This document shows positions 1 to 12,548 of a DNA stretch of 64,000 bases, one piece after another. Positions within the stretch are counted from its first letter, which is position 1. Each line of letters begins with the position of its first letter. Below the pieces are notes generated by a model, which saw only the letters and a list, made by a program, of their open reading frames with translations, was not told the DNA's origin and searched no databases. The position numbers were made by a program, and so were the translations under genes. Origin of the DNA: Octopus sinensis (taxonomy: Eukaryota); assembly GCF_006345805.1 (NCBI RefSeq), contig NC_043000.1, positions 113,956,001-114,020,000 on the forward strand, written 5' to 3'.

Positions 1-305
1 TATAGTTTGAACATTTAGTTCACCTTGCACTTTACTTCAATAGAGAAATCTACTTCCAAGCCTTTGAACATTTTTTTCAACCAACATATCCCTCTTTATT
101 TGTTCTCTACTTATTATTTCTTTACCCCTTCTCTTTTCTATGGTCTACCTTTGATGTCAGACCTGCTAACAGTTATTTTTTAAAATAGCGTTCTGTTTAT
201 CATTTATACAGTCATCAAAATTGTTGTTGAGATGGATTCTCTTTCTTCCTGATGAGATTACATTATTATACACATCAGATATATATATATATATATTATA
301 TATAT

Positions 306-375
<70 letters not shown>

Positions 376-506
376 CCATACAATTATGTCTATCTGTCCA
401 GTCTATTTGTATGTCTGTTTATATATTCATCTGTCTCTATGCATGTCTGTATGTGTGTTTTCCATATCCATTCTGTCATCTATCTATCTATCTATCTATC
501 TGTCTA

Positions 507-537
<31 letters not shown>

Positions 538-796
538 GTTCATATTTGTGTATCTGACTATTTACTTATCCTTCAATTTCTCTATCTCTTCCCCTTTTCT
601 TTCTCTTTCATTTCAAACTATTTACCTGTGTCGTGATACCATTTTCTCCAGCTTCCAGATATCTCATACATCTCCACTGTTATTGTTGCATCACAGTGCA
701 ACGCCGTACCAATATTTGATTCTTTCACTGCTGATAATCAATAATCACATCAGCTAAACACTTTTTGCTTTTTTTATTGAGATTTCTTTATTTATT

Positions 797-834
<38 letters not shown>

Positions 835-860
835 CCGTTTTTCTGTTATGACATCATCAG

Positions 861-947
861 GTACCTTCAAATAACAAACCTGTGCCGCAAGCTGCTGCTA
901 CTCCAAATATCATAGACCTTGATACTGATTTAGAGTACATTCAACAG
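861..947 (+). CDS. Dab: Internal coding exon of Disabled(Dab)-like endocytic adaptor (VPSNNKPVPQAAATPNIIDLDTDLEYIQQ)
   Basis: Pyrimidine-rich intron end with CAG acceptor at 858-860, GTAGGA donor at 948, 87 nt, phase 0/0. It joins the next exon to give IIDLDTDLEYIQQGMDSM, which I recall as resembling a motif C-terminal to the PTB domain in invertebrate Dab (not searched). Confidence 0.65.
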
Positions 948-2107
948 GTAGGACAGAGTACACCTGTAATTGCTAGCCAACAACACCTCAAAGGCAGCAA
1001 CACCTGAAAGCTTCACCGATTTTTAGCTTCTTTCTTGTTATTCTTCCACCTCAGTTCTCCTTCCATACTCCATACCTTTTTACTTTCACTTTCACTTTGC
1101 AAGAAAATTTTCTAAAGGGAGTCATTCAAGCTCCCTACTTACAGTTATTCCTTTGTTCCTTTCTCCTGCTATTGTTTTGTCCTCATTCTCCTTCCTCCCA
1201 CTGTTACTCTTTCTCATTCTTACTCTCCACCACTGTTATTTTCTTACATTACGGCCCCTCACTCCACTTCCAGTCTTACATCTCCTTATTTTCTCTCCAC
1301 TTCCTCCTTCTCTTCCATACTGTACCCCTACCATCCTTACTCTCCTTTCCCTGTTTTCACTCATCCCTCTCCCAGGCTTCATTTTCCTTACTATTCCTCT
1401 TCCTTCCCTTCATTTTTACTCCACTCACTATCACTTTCTTTTGTTCTTACTACTCTTACAGCTAATCACTCAGGCACATACACTCACTCTCTCTCTCTCT
1501 TTCTCTGTCTGTCTCTCTCTCTCTCTGTATATATATATCTTTGTTTTCTCTCTCTCTCTTTCTTTGTTTCTCCCCAACCCCTCCTATGCAACCATTACTT
1601 GTTCTAAAGAACCAATCAAAGAGACCACTTTTATGGCCACCACCACTCCACTCCTTATTCGTTCTCCTCTTACCCTTACTCTTTCCCTTCCTCCAGTGGA
1701 GGTATGTAGTTTAATGGTCAGGATATTCAGCTTACAATCTTAAAGTCATGAGTTTGATTCCCAAAGCCTCCTCCTCCAAAATTTCAGACCTTGTGCTTAT
1801 AGTAGAAAGGAATATTATGGTCTCAGTAAATTATTGAGCTGGCAGAATGGTTAGTGGCATTTTAGCCATTCTTACATTCTGAGTTGATCTTTGCCTTTCA
1901 ACTGAGGTCAGCTTTGCCTTTCATTCTTTCAGGGTCAATAAAATAAGTACCAGTTGAGCCCTGGGGTCAATCTAATTGACTCACCGCCTTCCTTAAAATT
2001 GCTTGCCTTGTGCCAAAATTTGAAATCCTTATTATGGTTTAGGTGACATACAAAGGTTATAGTCATGTCCAGGGGTTACACCTCACCTCTCAGTCACAAT
2101 GACAGTG

Positions 2108-2520
2108 CAGTAATCCCTCACCATATTGTGGGTCACCTATCGCGGTTCACCTATCGCAGTTCACCTATCGCGGTTCATCTATCGCAGTGCACCTATCACG
2201 GTTCACCTGTCGTGGTTCACCTATTGTGGTTCACCTATCGCAGTTCACCTATCACGGTTCACTTGTTGTGGTTCACCTATCGTGGTTCACCTATCGCAGT
2301 TTACCTGTCGCAGCTCACCTGTCGTGGTTCTCCTATCGCAGTTTATTATTTAAGCTTATGCCGATTCTTCTGTGGTGTTGTTTTGCATTTATAATAAAAT
2401 AAATATATACAAATTATAAAAATGATAAAAAAAGGAGACAATACTGTTTCTACTTTGTGGATTTTCCCCTATCGTGGGGGGTTTTGAAAGATAACACCGG
2501 CAATAGTCGAGGGATCACTG
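2108..2520. mobile_element. Tigger/pogo-like MITE with expanded 14-bp subterminal repeat
   Basis: Ends CAGTAATCCCTC...GAGGGATCACTG(TA); about 15 copies of GTTCACCTATCGC(G/A) at 2130-2345. Confidence 0.6.
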
Positions 2521-3118
2521 TATACAGCTTCTTGTACCACAAGAACTCAACACATTTATTTCCTGACAATAACAAGATTCTTCCCTCAGAGTCACAATAA
2601 CAAATTCTTCCCTTTGTCACATGACTCAATTCCCCCAACCCAATCACAATACAACGAAATTCTCCATCTTTCACTCATTACAATACCCAAGCATTGTCTT
2701 CTCACTCTTCAGTTGCAGACAACACAACACCTTACCCTCATTATTCCCGTATTCAACTTCCTTTACCACCATCTCCCCAAGAAAAATCTAAACCTTCCAG
2801 AAATTTCTACCATTCCTACATTTAAAAACCATTTTATTTTGCTTTATTTTCACTGAATTTGTATTTTTATTTTAATATATTTTTTGTCAAAGTTTCATAC
2901 ATTATATTATTTTATATTCTATATGTTCATATATTATATATCTTTATATTGTATTAATGTTTATATTAAATTTTGTGTTTATATAATATTTTTATATCGT
3001 ATCTTATATATTTATATATTATATTTTCCTGTTATATTTTACATTTTTATATTTGATTTTAAATTTCCTTGTTTGATAAAATTTGTATATTTCATAACAA
3101 GGTTTGTATATATATACA

Positions 3119-3157
<39 letters not shown>

Positions 3158-3271
3158 GTCAGACAAAGTGAGGTAACAAAGCCAAGGCAATACTGTTCTA
3201 TATTTTAGACATGAGGAATTATGTACATTATTTACATTTGATGGATAATAATAATATTGATAATAATAATG

Positions 3272-3319
<48 letters not shown>

Positions 3320-3469
3320 TTAATAATAATAATACAACCCTAAGTACAAAACCAAATATATGGCACCCCAGGCATAAAACCAACATGAACTTCCAACCTG
3401 CTGTCTCTTGAGGTCTCTGGGTGAGACTTGGAGCCAACTTGTACAAATGTAAAGCAAAAGTCAAACATA

Positions 3470-3531
<62 letters not shown>

Positions 3532-4340
3532 GTAATGATAATAATAATAATAACATCAAAAAATACTTTAGGAATGAGAACTCAGGTTTGAACTTTCCCC
3601 AAGACATCTGATAAAGGCTGGAGGGTATATCAGCCGAAACGTTGTGTTACCAACAAACAAGTTGAGGACAAATATCTGTCAAATGTAAATAATGTAAATA
3701 AAGCCAAGACTGTGAGGAGTTTTCAGGACATTTAAAAGGAAAAAGATACAGATATTTTATCTAATATATACATGCATGCTAATACAAGACCCACAATAGA
3801 CTCCTCACTCATATCATTATCGAACCAAGAGTTTAATTACAATCTGTCCATAGCACTTACTTAGCATTGCCTGACACTCTTTGGGTCTTCTACACACCAA
3901 TACCTCTCATATATACAGAAATGGAAATAAATATATATATATATAACGGCGGTGCATCAGCATGGCCGCAGCTCTGAGCTGAAACCAGAGAAAAAAAAAA
4001 AAAAATATATATATATATATTATATATATATATATTATATATATATATATATATATAATATATTATATATTTACAGATATGGAAATCTTTTACTCTCAAA
4101 CACATAATGATAATGCAGAATAGCATTATAATGCTGAACAGCCATATATTGCAGAAAAATTAGTTAGTTGCTTACAAATTTTTCTGCAATATAAGGATGT
4201 CCTATCTTATTTATACTATTCAGCATTATTATTCTGCGTTTGAGAATAAATTATTTCCATTTCTGTATATTTCAATACATCTCAATGCTTTGAAAAACAG
4301 CAAGCTTTGTTTGCATACATCATAATCAATATACATACAT

Positions 4341-4380
<40 letters not shown>

Positions 4381-4489
4381 CCACTCTTATGCTGGTTTAT
4401 AATCTCAAAACTTTAAATCTTAACATATATATTGCCCCAGAATGGCCATTGCTATTACAGCTGAAACAAACTAAAGAATAAATGTATAT

Positions 4490-5513
4490 CAGTGGTTCTC
4501 AACTAGGGTCCAGATGGTCCTTAGGGGTCCATATAAGATTTTGTTGTTATGATTTATGTGCAACAAATTGCTATGTGGTCAGATCAATATGTGGTCAGAC
4601 TGTTGCCATAGTAACGAAGCTAAAGCACACAGAGTAAAGCTGCTTGGCACAGATTGACCTTGAACGCTGTTGTGCATGCACACTGAGTTTTAACTTTCTA
4701 GTTCACTTTTGCTGTTTACAGCAGTGCTTGGAAGGAACGCATGTAGCGTGTGATCATTGTATTGACCATGATACAGAAAGTTGTCATGGCAATACCTGCT
4801 CAGAGGCCCATGCAAAGTTGCAGAAAGGGTATGGAGAGGAGTGTATGAGCCACACACAAGCATATGAGTGTTTCAGGTGTTTCCAAGATGGCCAAAAAAA
4901 TATTGATGAACATTCTGGGAGAACCACAACCAACAGAACTGAGAAAAGTATTGCAGATGTGCATGCAGCTGTGAGAGGAAATCCTCGAATCATCAGAGGA
5001 TGTGCAGATTAGTTATGGTTCAGTTCAGTCCATTATCACTGAAGATTTGGGTATGAGATGTGTGTCTGCCAAGTTTATGCCAAAACTGCTTTCAGCTGAT
5101 GAAAAGACACTCAGGTTTCAGTTGCACAAGATCTTGATTGTGTCAAGAATGATGGAAACCTTTTGAAAACTTTGCGTAGGCTTCTAAGCAGGTATCACCT
5201 AGCTTTTGGCAAAATTTGATGCAGATTCTCTGCTCAGCTTCCTGTCATGGCCAGTGCGACAATCACACACTACACACCTTCCTTCCAAGCACTGCTGTAA
5301 ACAGTGGAAGTGAGCTAGAACGTTAAAACTTAGCACACATACACAGCAGAGTTCAAGGTCAATCTGTGCCAAGCGGCTTCATTCTGTATGCTCTAGCTTT
5401 GTTACTATGGCAACAGACTGACCACATATAAGCAATTTATTGCACATAAATCTTAACAGCAAAATCTTAAATGGGTCCCTAAGAACCATCTGGACCCTGG
5501 TTGAGAACCACTG
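4490..5513. mobile_element. Fold-back element: hAT-like ends (CAGTGGTTCTCAAC) enclosing two opposed mariner 5' halves
   Basis: Arms of about 280 bp. + strand has mariner HTH remnants (GYGEECMSHTQAYEC..FQDG..SGR); - strand at 5165-5250 has EQRICIKFCQKLGDTC. Confidence 0.7.
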
Positions 5514-5884
5514 ATATACATGATGTATATGTAAACCCTGTGTTTTTCTTAACCCTTTAGAATTCACATTCTTCTGATAAAAATAATGTTTGTTTATTTT
5601 CCTTGCTTTGCATGAGTCATGCGTTGTCTTTTAGCTTTGAGATTTTGAAGAGGTAACTGTTAACTTTAGAATGATATTGTAGGGTTGGTCTGAGAGGCCA
5701 GATCCGTCCAGTGAGACCATAAAACAGGTAGAATATTTTGGCTGGATATGGCCAGTTTAAATACTAAAAGGTTAACCTGCTTGAAATTTCTTCAAGGTGT
5801 TTGTTTTTTACAAGAGAACAGGTGATGTGAATTTTGTGCTAAACTGTTATTGTTAATTTAATTAATCCTTAATCTAATTAACAG

Positions 5885-6361
5885 GGAATGGACTCAATGG
5901 GTACTGCTTTGGAGAGCTTCGATGACTTTCCCTTTGGGCAGGTGACAACAGGGGACACAACTGCTGATCCGTGGAACATAAACAATTCAAAACAGTGCAT
6001 CGGGAATGCATCTGCATCGATTGCTGCTGCCGCTGCTGCTGCTCCTGTAGTGTTGCTCCCTCCTCCGCCGGCTTCACCTCGCGTTCCCATCGGCAGCGCT
6101 ATGCCACAGGCACCGGCAGCTTTACCACCTGGTCAATGTAGTCTTGCGGCCAACCTATTTCCAGCGTCCAGTGCCTTTCCCTCTGCAGTGTCTTCCAATG
6201 TTCCTGCTCAGCCGTTTCCTGTTTCAGTTCCGTTAACTGTTAACCCAGCAGTTCCAATGACTGCTAACCCGGCAGTTCCAATGGCTGCTAACCCAGCAGT
6301 TCCAATGACTGTTAACCCAGCAGTTCCAAAACCAACTGATCCAGCGACAACCCCACCTGAG
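5885..6361 (+). CDS. Dab: Internal coding exon, Pro/Ala-rich, with DPW motif and an 8-aa repeat
   Basis: ACAG acceptor at 5881-5884, GAG|GTAAGT donor at 6362, 477 nt = 159 codons, in frame with both neighbours. Matches ORF 5888..6652 up to the donor. Confidence 0.8.
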
Positions 6362-8158
6362 GTAAGTACAAAACAACAATTTATACTCACTTGTTTCTCT
6401 TTGTTTCTTCTCCATCTCTTTCCTACAGTTTCCTGGCACATAAAAAGCATCAGCCTCACCTGGCACCTGTGCCGGTGGCACATAAAAAGCAGATCAGACT
6501 GGGCCTGGTGCAGCCTCCTGGCTTCCCAGACCCCAGTCAAACCGTCCAACCCATGCCAGCATGGAAAGCAAACGTTAAACGATGATGATGATGATGATGA
6601 ACCAAACCAAGGCCTCCAGGGGGTTGCCATGCTTGAGAATACATCAAGCTAAGTAAAATTGTGTCCATCCATACATAAAGGCATGTCCTTTGCAGCCAAG
6701 TCTCTCACCCCTTTTGTCAGCCAAAAGGTCCTTGTATTGTGGGCTTGCAAGTGCTGGTGCTACATAAAAAGTACTTGTGCTGCTACCACTTAAAACACAC
6801 CCATGCTGGTGTCACGTATAAGCACTCAATGCACCCTATGAAGTGGTTGGCATTAGGAAGGGCATCCAGCCATAGAAACCATGCCATGGTAGACAATCAG
6901 AGCCTGCTGTAGGTCTCCAGTTGGCCAGCTCCTGTCAAACTGTCCAACCTGTTTCATTGATGACAATGATGATGATGATGACAACAGTGATGATGAATCA
7001 GAAATTATCTCATTTTACCATGACGTGTGTAAAAGGTATATTGATCTAATAGATAGGATGCTAGTCCACTGAGGATGTTGATAATTAGAAATTGATTTAG
7101 CAGAAGACAATAAACTCAGTGTCATCAGGTATGAGGGATGCAACTCTGAGTCACTTCTCATCCCACTCCCCATCACCTCTACCACTCTCAATCAATCTGT
7201 TTTATCGTTCTAGCATTGTTAGGATCAGTACATATTCTTTTCTACTCTAGGCACATGGCCTGAAATTTTGGGGGAAGGGCCAGTCATGTAGATCGACCCC
7301 TGTATGTAACTGGTACTTACTTTATCAAACCCGAAAAGATGAAAGGCAAAGTCGACCTTGGTGGAATTTGAACTCAGAATGTAAAGACAGGCGAAATACT
7401 GCAAAGTATTTTCCCCAGCATGCTAACATTTCTGCCGGCTCACCACCCTAAATAGTAATCATTTTTTCTACTCTAGGCACAAGGTCCGAAATTTTGGGGG
7501 ATTTGGCCAGTCAATTAGATCAACCTCTACACACAATTGGTACTTAATTTATTGATCCCAAAAGGATGAAAGGCAAAGTCAACCTCAGCAGAATTTGAAC
7601 TCAGAAAGTAAAGACAAACAAAATACCGCTAAGCATTTCGCCCAGTGTGCTAACATTTCTGCCAGTTCGCCGCCTTCAGGACCAGTACATATTATCAAGG
7701 CATTATTTATAGGGTGCGATGCTCTTCCTGCTGCTGACCCCTACCTGTTTTTCAAGTTAGGGAATTTTTGTATACTCTTTATATTAGTCAAACTAGCATC
7801 CTCATCTAGATTGTTATTTTCATTACATTTCATTTGTTGTACACTCTAGCTTTCTTCAGGTGTCTTGGATTGAATTTGGTTGGAATTTCAAACCTAACCC
7901 ATTTTTTGATCCACTGGGGTACACTGTTCTCATTCCATCCTCTGTATTTTGTGATAAAACAACCAAGTTCAACACGAGACTCCTGAAGAAGTCTAGAGTG
8001 TACTCAGCCAAAATGTAGAAAAAGCACAGATCTAAGTCTTCTTTCTGCAGCTTTTGTCTGTTTCCACCATCGTTGTTATTTCTTCTTTTGCTAATCATCC
8101 TAATTATCGTTTTGTCATTATCCCAATCTTATTAATCTTCTACGCTGTACCGTTGCAG

Positions 8159-10651
8159 ATGCCAACCAGTATGACCTGCTCTCTACCCATTGTTACAGAT
8201 CCATTCGGAGATAAGCTGTTTGTTTCCGCTGTACCTGCACAAGTGCCCAGCCAAACACCCTTCGCAGCCTCTACTGCTACCACACCACCAACTACAGACA
8301 ATACTGTACCTTTTGCTGCATTTCCAGTGATGAAGCCACCACGTGGTAACACGTTTCCAGTTGCAACCCAAAACGCTGCTGCAAATTTTGCTGCCCAGCA
8401 GCCATTTGCTGCATTCCCTCCTGACCCCGCACAACCTGTGGCAGGGAATGCTTTTTCAGCTGCATTCCCTGTTCAACCACCAACCCCGGTTTCTGGATTT
8501 CCCGTTGGGCAACAACAATCATTTGCTGCATTCCCAGAGGGGACACAGCCAGCTTTTCTGCCCCTCTCGTCTCCTGACAGCAGTCAGAGAAGCACCCCGA
8601 GTAAATTCGATGCTATATCTTTGGACAGTTCTTTCACTAGCGTCTTCTCTCAGCAGAGTAATGAAAAACTGGAAAGTGGTTCCACTTCTGCAAATAATAA
8701 ACCACCAACAGACACTGGTACCAATCCAGTTCCTCAGCCTGACAAGCTTTTCCAGGATCTCTGCAATTTTGGCAGCAATCAGCACCACAAGAAGCCAGCA
8801 GAGTTATTTCCAAAGTTGGAACCACCACCAAGCAAAAAATTAAGTGAATTGCTTGAAGAAAGTATTAAATGTAAAGAAATAAATGTTCAGAATCCTAAAA
8901 CTGAAAATCCTCTCCCAACCCAGCAGCAGCAACAACAGCAGCAATCAGAGCAAGATGCTACCCCATCAAATACTGACCAGGCAAGTGAATATTCAATAAC
9001 CTCAGCCCTTCCAGCTGAAAACTTGTTAACTGATCCCGCGTGCTTTCCTGAACCCACCAAATTTGATCAACCCTCAGTTTCTGCTGCTTCTTTTCCTGGT
9101 TCTGATCCCCAATCTTCTAATGTTTCTAACGACCGGTCCCATTCTGATTCTCCCAGTATTTTCAGCTTCAGTGGCAATAACCCCACGGAGGTTACCTATG
9201 CAATGACAAAACTCAAACTTTCAGATGTTGACTTTAACAACCCCCCCTCTCATCCTCCTCCGCAACTCCCTTCCCATCTTCTTGCTGCTGTTGCTTCTGG
9301 TCACAACTCGGGGTCAGAGTCTGTGTGTAGCATTTCGCCCTTTCCAGATGACCACTGGACCATATCTGATGATGAATTTAACCTCCCTTCCCCAACTGTG
9401 CCACCTCCTCCATTACCAACAGGTGCTTCCCTTAATTTCGAACCCAACCAAGCACCAGCACCCCCACCTCGTCCAAGGACATCAGATATTACAAGAACTG
9501 CCAAACCTCCTCCACTTCCTGTTCGTCCAAAACGTACCCTTTCTTCCAGTTCAAGCTTACAAAGTATGGGCAAATCCAACTCTCCAGTGTCATCTGTTGT
9601 TTCCCTGGAAGGGACAGTTTTGGCCCATGGAGCCATTTCAGATTGTTCTTTTACATCACTGCAAGACTCAGATGTGTCTACCAATAGTCTTCCAATGACA
9701 AAACTTGCTGACACCAAAGTTAATACAACAAAGTTTACTGACCGAGGGTCATCTGTCTCATCTCCTCTTAGTGTTGCCACTGGCAACAGCAACTGTTCAC
9801 CCCCTCCTTGGTCTGCATTTACTGAAAATGACAATTCAAGCTCACCTTTTAGTAACCAAAGTTTTTCAAGTGGCGGCCGTGATGTATTTGCATCAAATTC
9901 ATCACAGACTGCCCTTGGTACTGCTAGTTCCCATGACAGTGGTTGGCCCAACAATAACCCTTTCATGTCTAAAGTTAATACCAGTCCTTCAGTAAGGAAC
10001 TCTTCATCACCAGATCCTTTCAGTGGCCCCTACACCAAAATAGTTGACAAACGTTCAAAACAGACTCCTCAGACAATCTCCCAGTCTGTAGAATCTGTTT
10101 GTAGCTCAACATCAGCTCAAATCCATAATAAATCCAGCCAACTAGGGTTCAACAGTGTGGATCCATTTTGTGTCCATCCTTGCACAAAGCCACAATCAAA
10201 CCATAACCAGACAAACACAAACATTTCTGGATCATTCTGTAGCGAACTTAAAAATGACTTATCTGATCCTTTTGTTGTTCCCCTCCACCTCAAACTACAA
10301 ACTGAGAAGTCTCCAGTTGACCCTTTTGTGATACAAACGAATGTTAATCTAACACAAAACAATACTCAAGTGACTCAGTTTTTCCCTTCGACAAAAAATA
10401 CCGAAAGGTCACTTCCAGAGACTGATCCTTTCACATACAACAGTCAAACAACTAACATTGAAAATGACCCTTTTACAACCCTTAGTCGAAACAGTGGACA
10501 CTCTGGCAATGTACCATCAGATCCATTTTTCTCTCCCAGCCACAATCCTGCTGAATACTCTCAGACCCAGACTGACCCTTTTGACGCATTTAATCAATGG
10601 CCAGTTAGTACAAAATTCAGTGTGGACATTGATAAAAGCAATGGTCATTGA
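8159..10651 (+). CDS. Dab: Large last coding exon of Dab-like adaptor; disordered tail with 9 DPF, 1 NPF and PxxP motifs
   Basis: TTGCAG acceptor at 8153-8158, phase 0, about 830 open codons to TGA (ORF 8054..10651). DPF/NPF/WxxF motifs are typical of AP-2- and EH-domain-binding endocytic proteins. Coding status is strong; the Dab identity is an inference of roughly 0.55 because the PTB exons would lie upstream of the window. Confidence 0.85.
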   Translation: MPTSMTCSLPIVTDPFGDKLFVSAVPAQVPSQTPFAASTATTPPTTDNTVPFAAFPVMKPPRGNTFPVATQNAAANFAAQQPFAAFPPDPAQPVAGNAFSAAFPVQPPTPVSGFPVGQQQSFAAFPEGTQPAFLPLSSPDSSQRSTPSKFDAISLDSSFTSVFSQQSNEKLESGSTSANNKPPTDTGTNPVPQPDKLFQDLCNFGSNQHHKKPAELFPKLEPPPSKKLSELLEESIKCKEINVQNPKTENPLPTQQQQQQQQSEQDATPSNTDQASEYSITSALPAENLLTDPACFPEPTKFDQPSVSAASFPGSDPQSSNVSNDRSHSDSPSIFSFSGNNPTEVTYAMTKLKLSDVDFNNPPSHPPPQLPSHLLAAVASGHNSGSESVCSISPFPDDHWTISDDEFNLPSPTVPPPPLPTGASLNFEPNQAPAPPPRPRTSDITRTAKPPPLPVRPKRTLSSSSSLQSMGKSNSPVSSVVSLEGTVLAHGAISDCSFTSLQDSDVSTNSLPMTKLADTKVNTTKFTDRGSSVSSPLSVATGNSNCSPPPWSAFTENDNSSSPFSNQSFSSGGRDVFASNSSQTALGTASSHDSGWPNNNPFMSKVNTSPSVRNSSSPDPFSGPYTKIVDKRSKQTPQTISQSVESVCSSTSAQIHNKSSQLGFNSVDPFCVHPCTKPQSNHNQTNTNISGSFCSELKNDLSDPFVVPLHLKLQTEKSPVDPFVIQTNVNLTQNNTQVTQFFPSTKNTERSLPETDPFTYNSQTTNIENDPFTTLSRNSGHSGNVPSDPFFSPSHNPAEYSQTQTDPFDAFNQWPVSTKFSVDIDKSNGH

Positions 10652-11789
10652 CCAAGAAGATCCAGACAATCTTCAGATGCATTTATTATTAATGGTAAGT
10701 AGAAAAGAAAAAAAAACAAAGAAAAGAGAAAAAATTTTATTTTATTTCTTTTGTTGTGTTTGAACCTCAAACTCCCTGTTTTAAAATTTTACCCAACTAT
10801 TTTTTTTTTCTCGCCTTTTTCATTTCAATGTTTCTTCTAAAGAAAATAGCATTTCACTTATAATTTGGTCTTTGAATTTAATGAGCTTCCAATGACTGAC
10901 TGCTTTCTCTTTCGATGCTTTACAACAGGTAGATGGTAGATCTTTCATCCAACCGGCTGTGATCAGTCTCAGTCCCCATGCAGGGGGAACAAGTTCAGAC
11001 TGCTAGTTGCCAGGTAGGTCTTCAAGTCAAGCTACACTTGTTAGGTATCTGTCTCAAGTGCAGGAATGGCTGAGTGGTTAAGAAGTCAGCTTTGCAACTC
11101 TCTGGTTTTGAGTTCAATCTCACTGTGCAGTACTTTTATCCTATGTACCTTCTACAATAACCTCAAGGTTACCAATGCCTTATGAATGAAATTTGGTAGA
11201 CAGAAAATTATGAGAACGTCCCCTTTTAACATCACCACCTGGTCCCTTGGTGCCTTTGGCTCTGTTCACACTGTTGCAAGCATTCAGGCCATATCTTTGG
11301 TCTAAGAACTTCTTCCCACCAGTCAAAGTGGCCCTGAAAATGGTCATGGCTGCTGTATTTTCATATTCTGCCTACATTATAAAAACAAAACGATGTCAGG
11401 CTACAGTTACTAAGTTCCAGTAAATCTACAGTTGTTTGGTAACTCTCTCTAACTTTAGTTGTTAGGTAACCGTCCCAGACTAGCTACAATTGTAAAAATA
11501 TTATCCCATAAATTCTACAGTTGTTAAGTAATTCAGTCTAGCAACAGTTGTTAGGTAACTGTCTCAATTTTTCTATAGTTGTAAAAGTAAATAGTCAATC
11601 AGTCTACAGTTGGTGGATAAGTTTTAGGCATTAAATTGTATTTTCCTGCAAATAAAGCCAGGTTGAGAGAATGTGAGATGTAGAAAATGGAAGCAGAGGT
11701 TTCTTTCAATTAATTGACAAAAGAAGTGAGTCCATGGCTCGCAGGATGGCCTGCTGTGCTGACCTTGGATTGTAGAGTGACCCGCTGTT

Positions 11790-12190
11790 CTTGAGGAGAC
11801 CTATTGAGTCAAGTACGTTAACACCAAAATCAAAATGAAAATCAAATGGAAATTGTAGTTAAGATACCCGTGCTGATGATACGTTAAAAGCACCGTCCGA
11901 ACGTGGCAGTTGCCAGTGCCGCCTGGCTGGCGTCTGTGTCGGTGACACGTAAAAGCACCAACCGATCATGGCCCTTTGCCAGCCTCATCTGGCTCCTGTG
12001 CTGGTGGAACATAAAAAGCACCCACTACACTCACGGAGTGGTTGGCGTTAGGAAGGGCATCCAGCTGTAGAAACACTGCCAGATCAGACTGGAGCCTGGT
12101 GCAGCCTCCTGGCTTCTCAGACCCCAGTCGAACCATCCAACCCATGCTAGCATGGAAAACAGACGTTAAACGATGATGATGATGATGATA
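11790..12190 (+). repeat. Dispersed retroposon 3' UTR with internal GTGCTGGTGGCAC-type units and (GAT)n tail
   Basis: Related copies at 6430-6600 and 6750-6990 (+) and 14690-14965 (-). Confidence 0.6.
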
Positions 12191-12254
12191 TAAAAATGTG
12201 TAAAATAGAAAGTCTGTAATTAACTGATCTGCTGTATGTCTCTTTTTGACTTAC

Positions 12255-12548
12255 TTGTACTTGAGCCGGCTTCTTCTCTGGTCCTGATGGCATCACGAAC
12301 CATGGTGGCCCATGCCCGGACGGTCCTGTGCGAGGTCACTAGAGATAGCAAGCCATTTGCGGTTCCATCTGCGCAGACCGACAACCTGCGGACCTGAGAG
12401 TTCGGAGAGGTCCTCCTTTATCATTGTTGCTCAGGTCTTCAGCTGCCCACCCGAGCGTTTGCGCCAGTTGGGAAGTGGAGGTGGGAGGAGGACATCGCAA
12501 ATCAGCTCACCCTCTGGACACCGGACCGCATGACCGAATCACCTTAAG
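12255..12548 (-). mobile_element. RTE-clade LINE 3' end
   Basis: Minus strand gives WFGHAVR...GGQLKTW..IKEDL...AQDR..W across small frameshifts. Confidence 0.7.

Noticed and set aside
166-757. ORFs rich in YI/TH/CV/II repeats here and throughout (e.g. 33215-33617, 44234-44832, 51554-52300, 61661-62353)
   Set aside because: Translations of (TA)n, (CA)n, (TAT)n and (GGT)n microsatellites; no splice or domain support.
1097-1743. 122-196 aa Leu/Ser/Phe-rich ORFs
   Set aside because: CT-rich low-complexity intron sequence.
2130-2345. Regular short repeats resembling a CRISPR array
   Set aside because: Contiguous 14-bp units with no spacers, in eukaryotic DNA.
5096-5102. Isolated CTGATGA motifs (also about 45393 and 61096)
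   Set aside because: No properly placed GAAA or stems.
6362-6652. C-terminal part of ORF 5888..6652
   Set aside because: Lies after a consensus donor and runs through a dispersed repeat.
8054-8158. N-terminal 35 aa of the 865-aa ORF
   Set aside because: Intronic pyrimidine tract that happens to be open; the exon starts at 8159.
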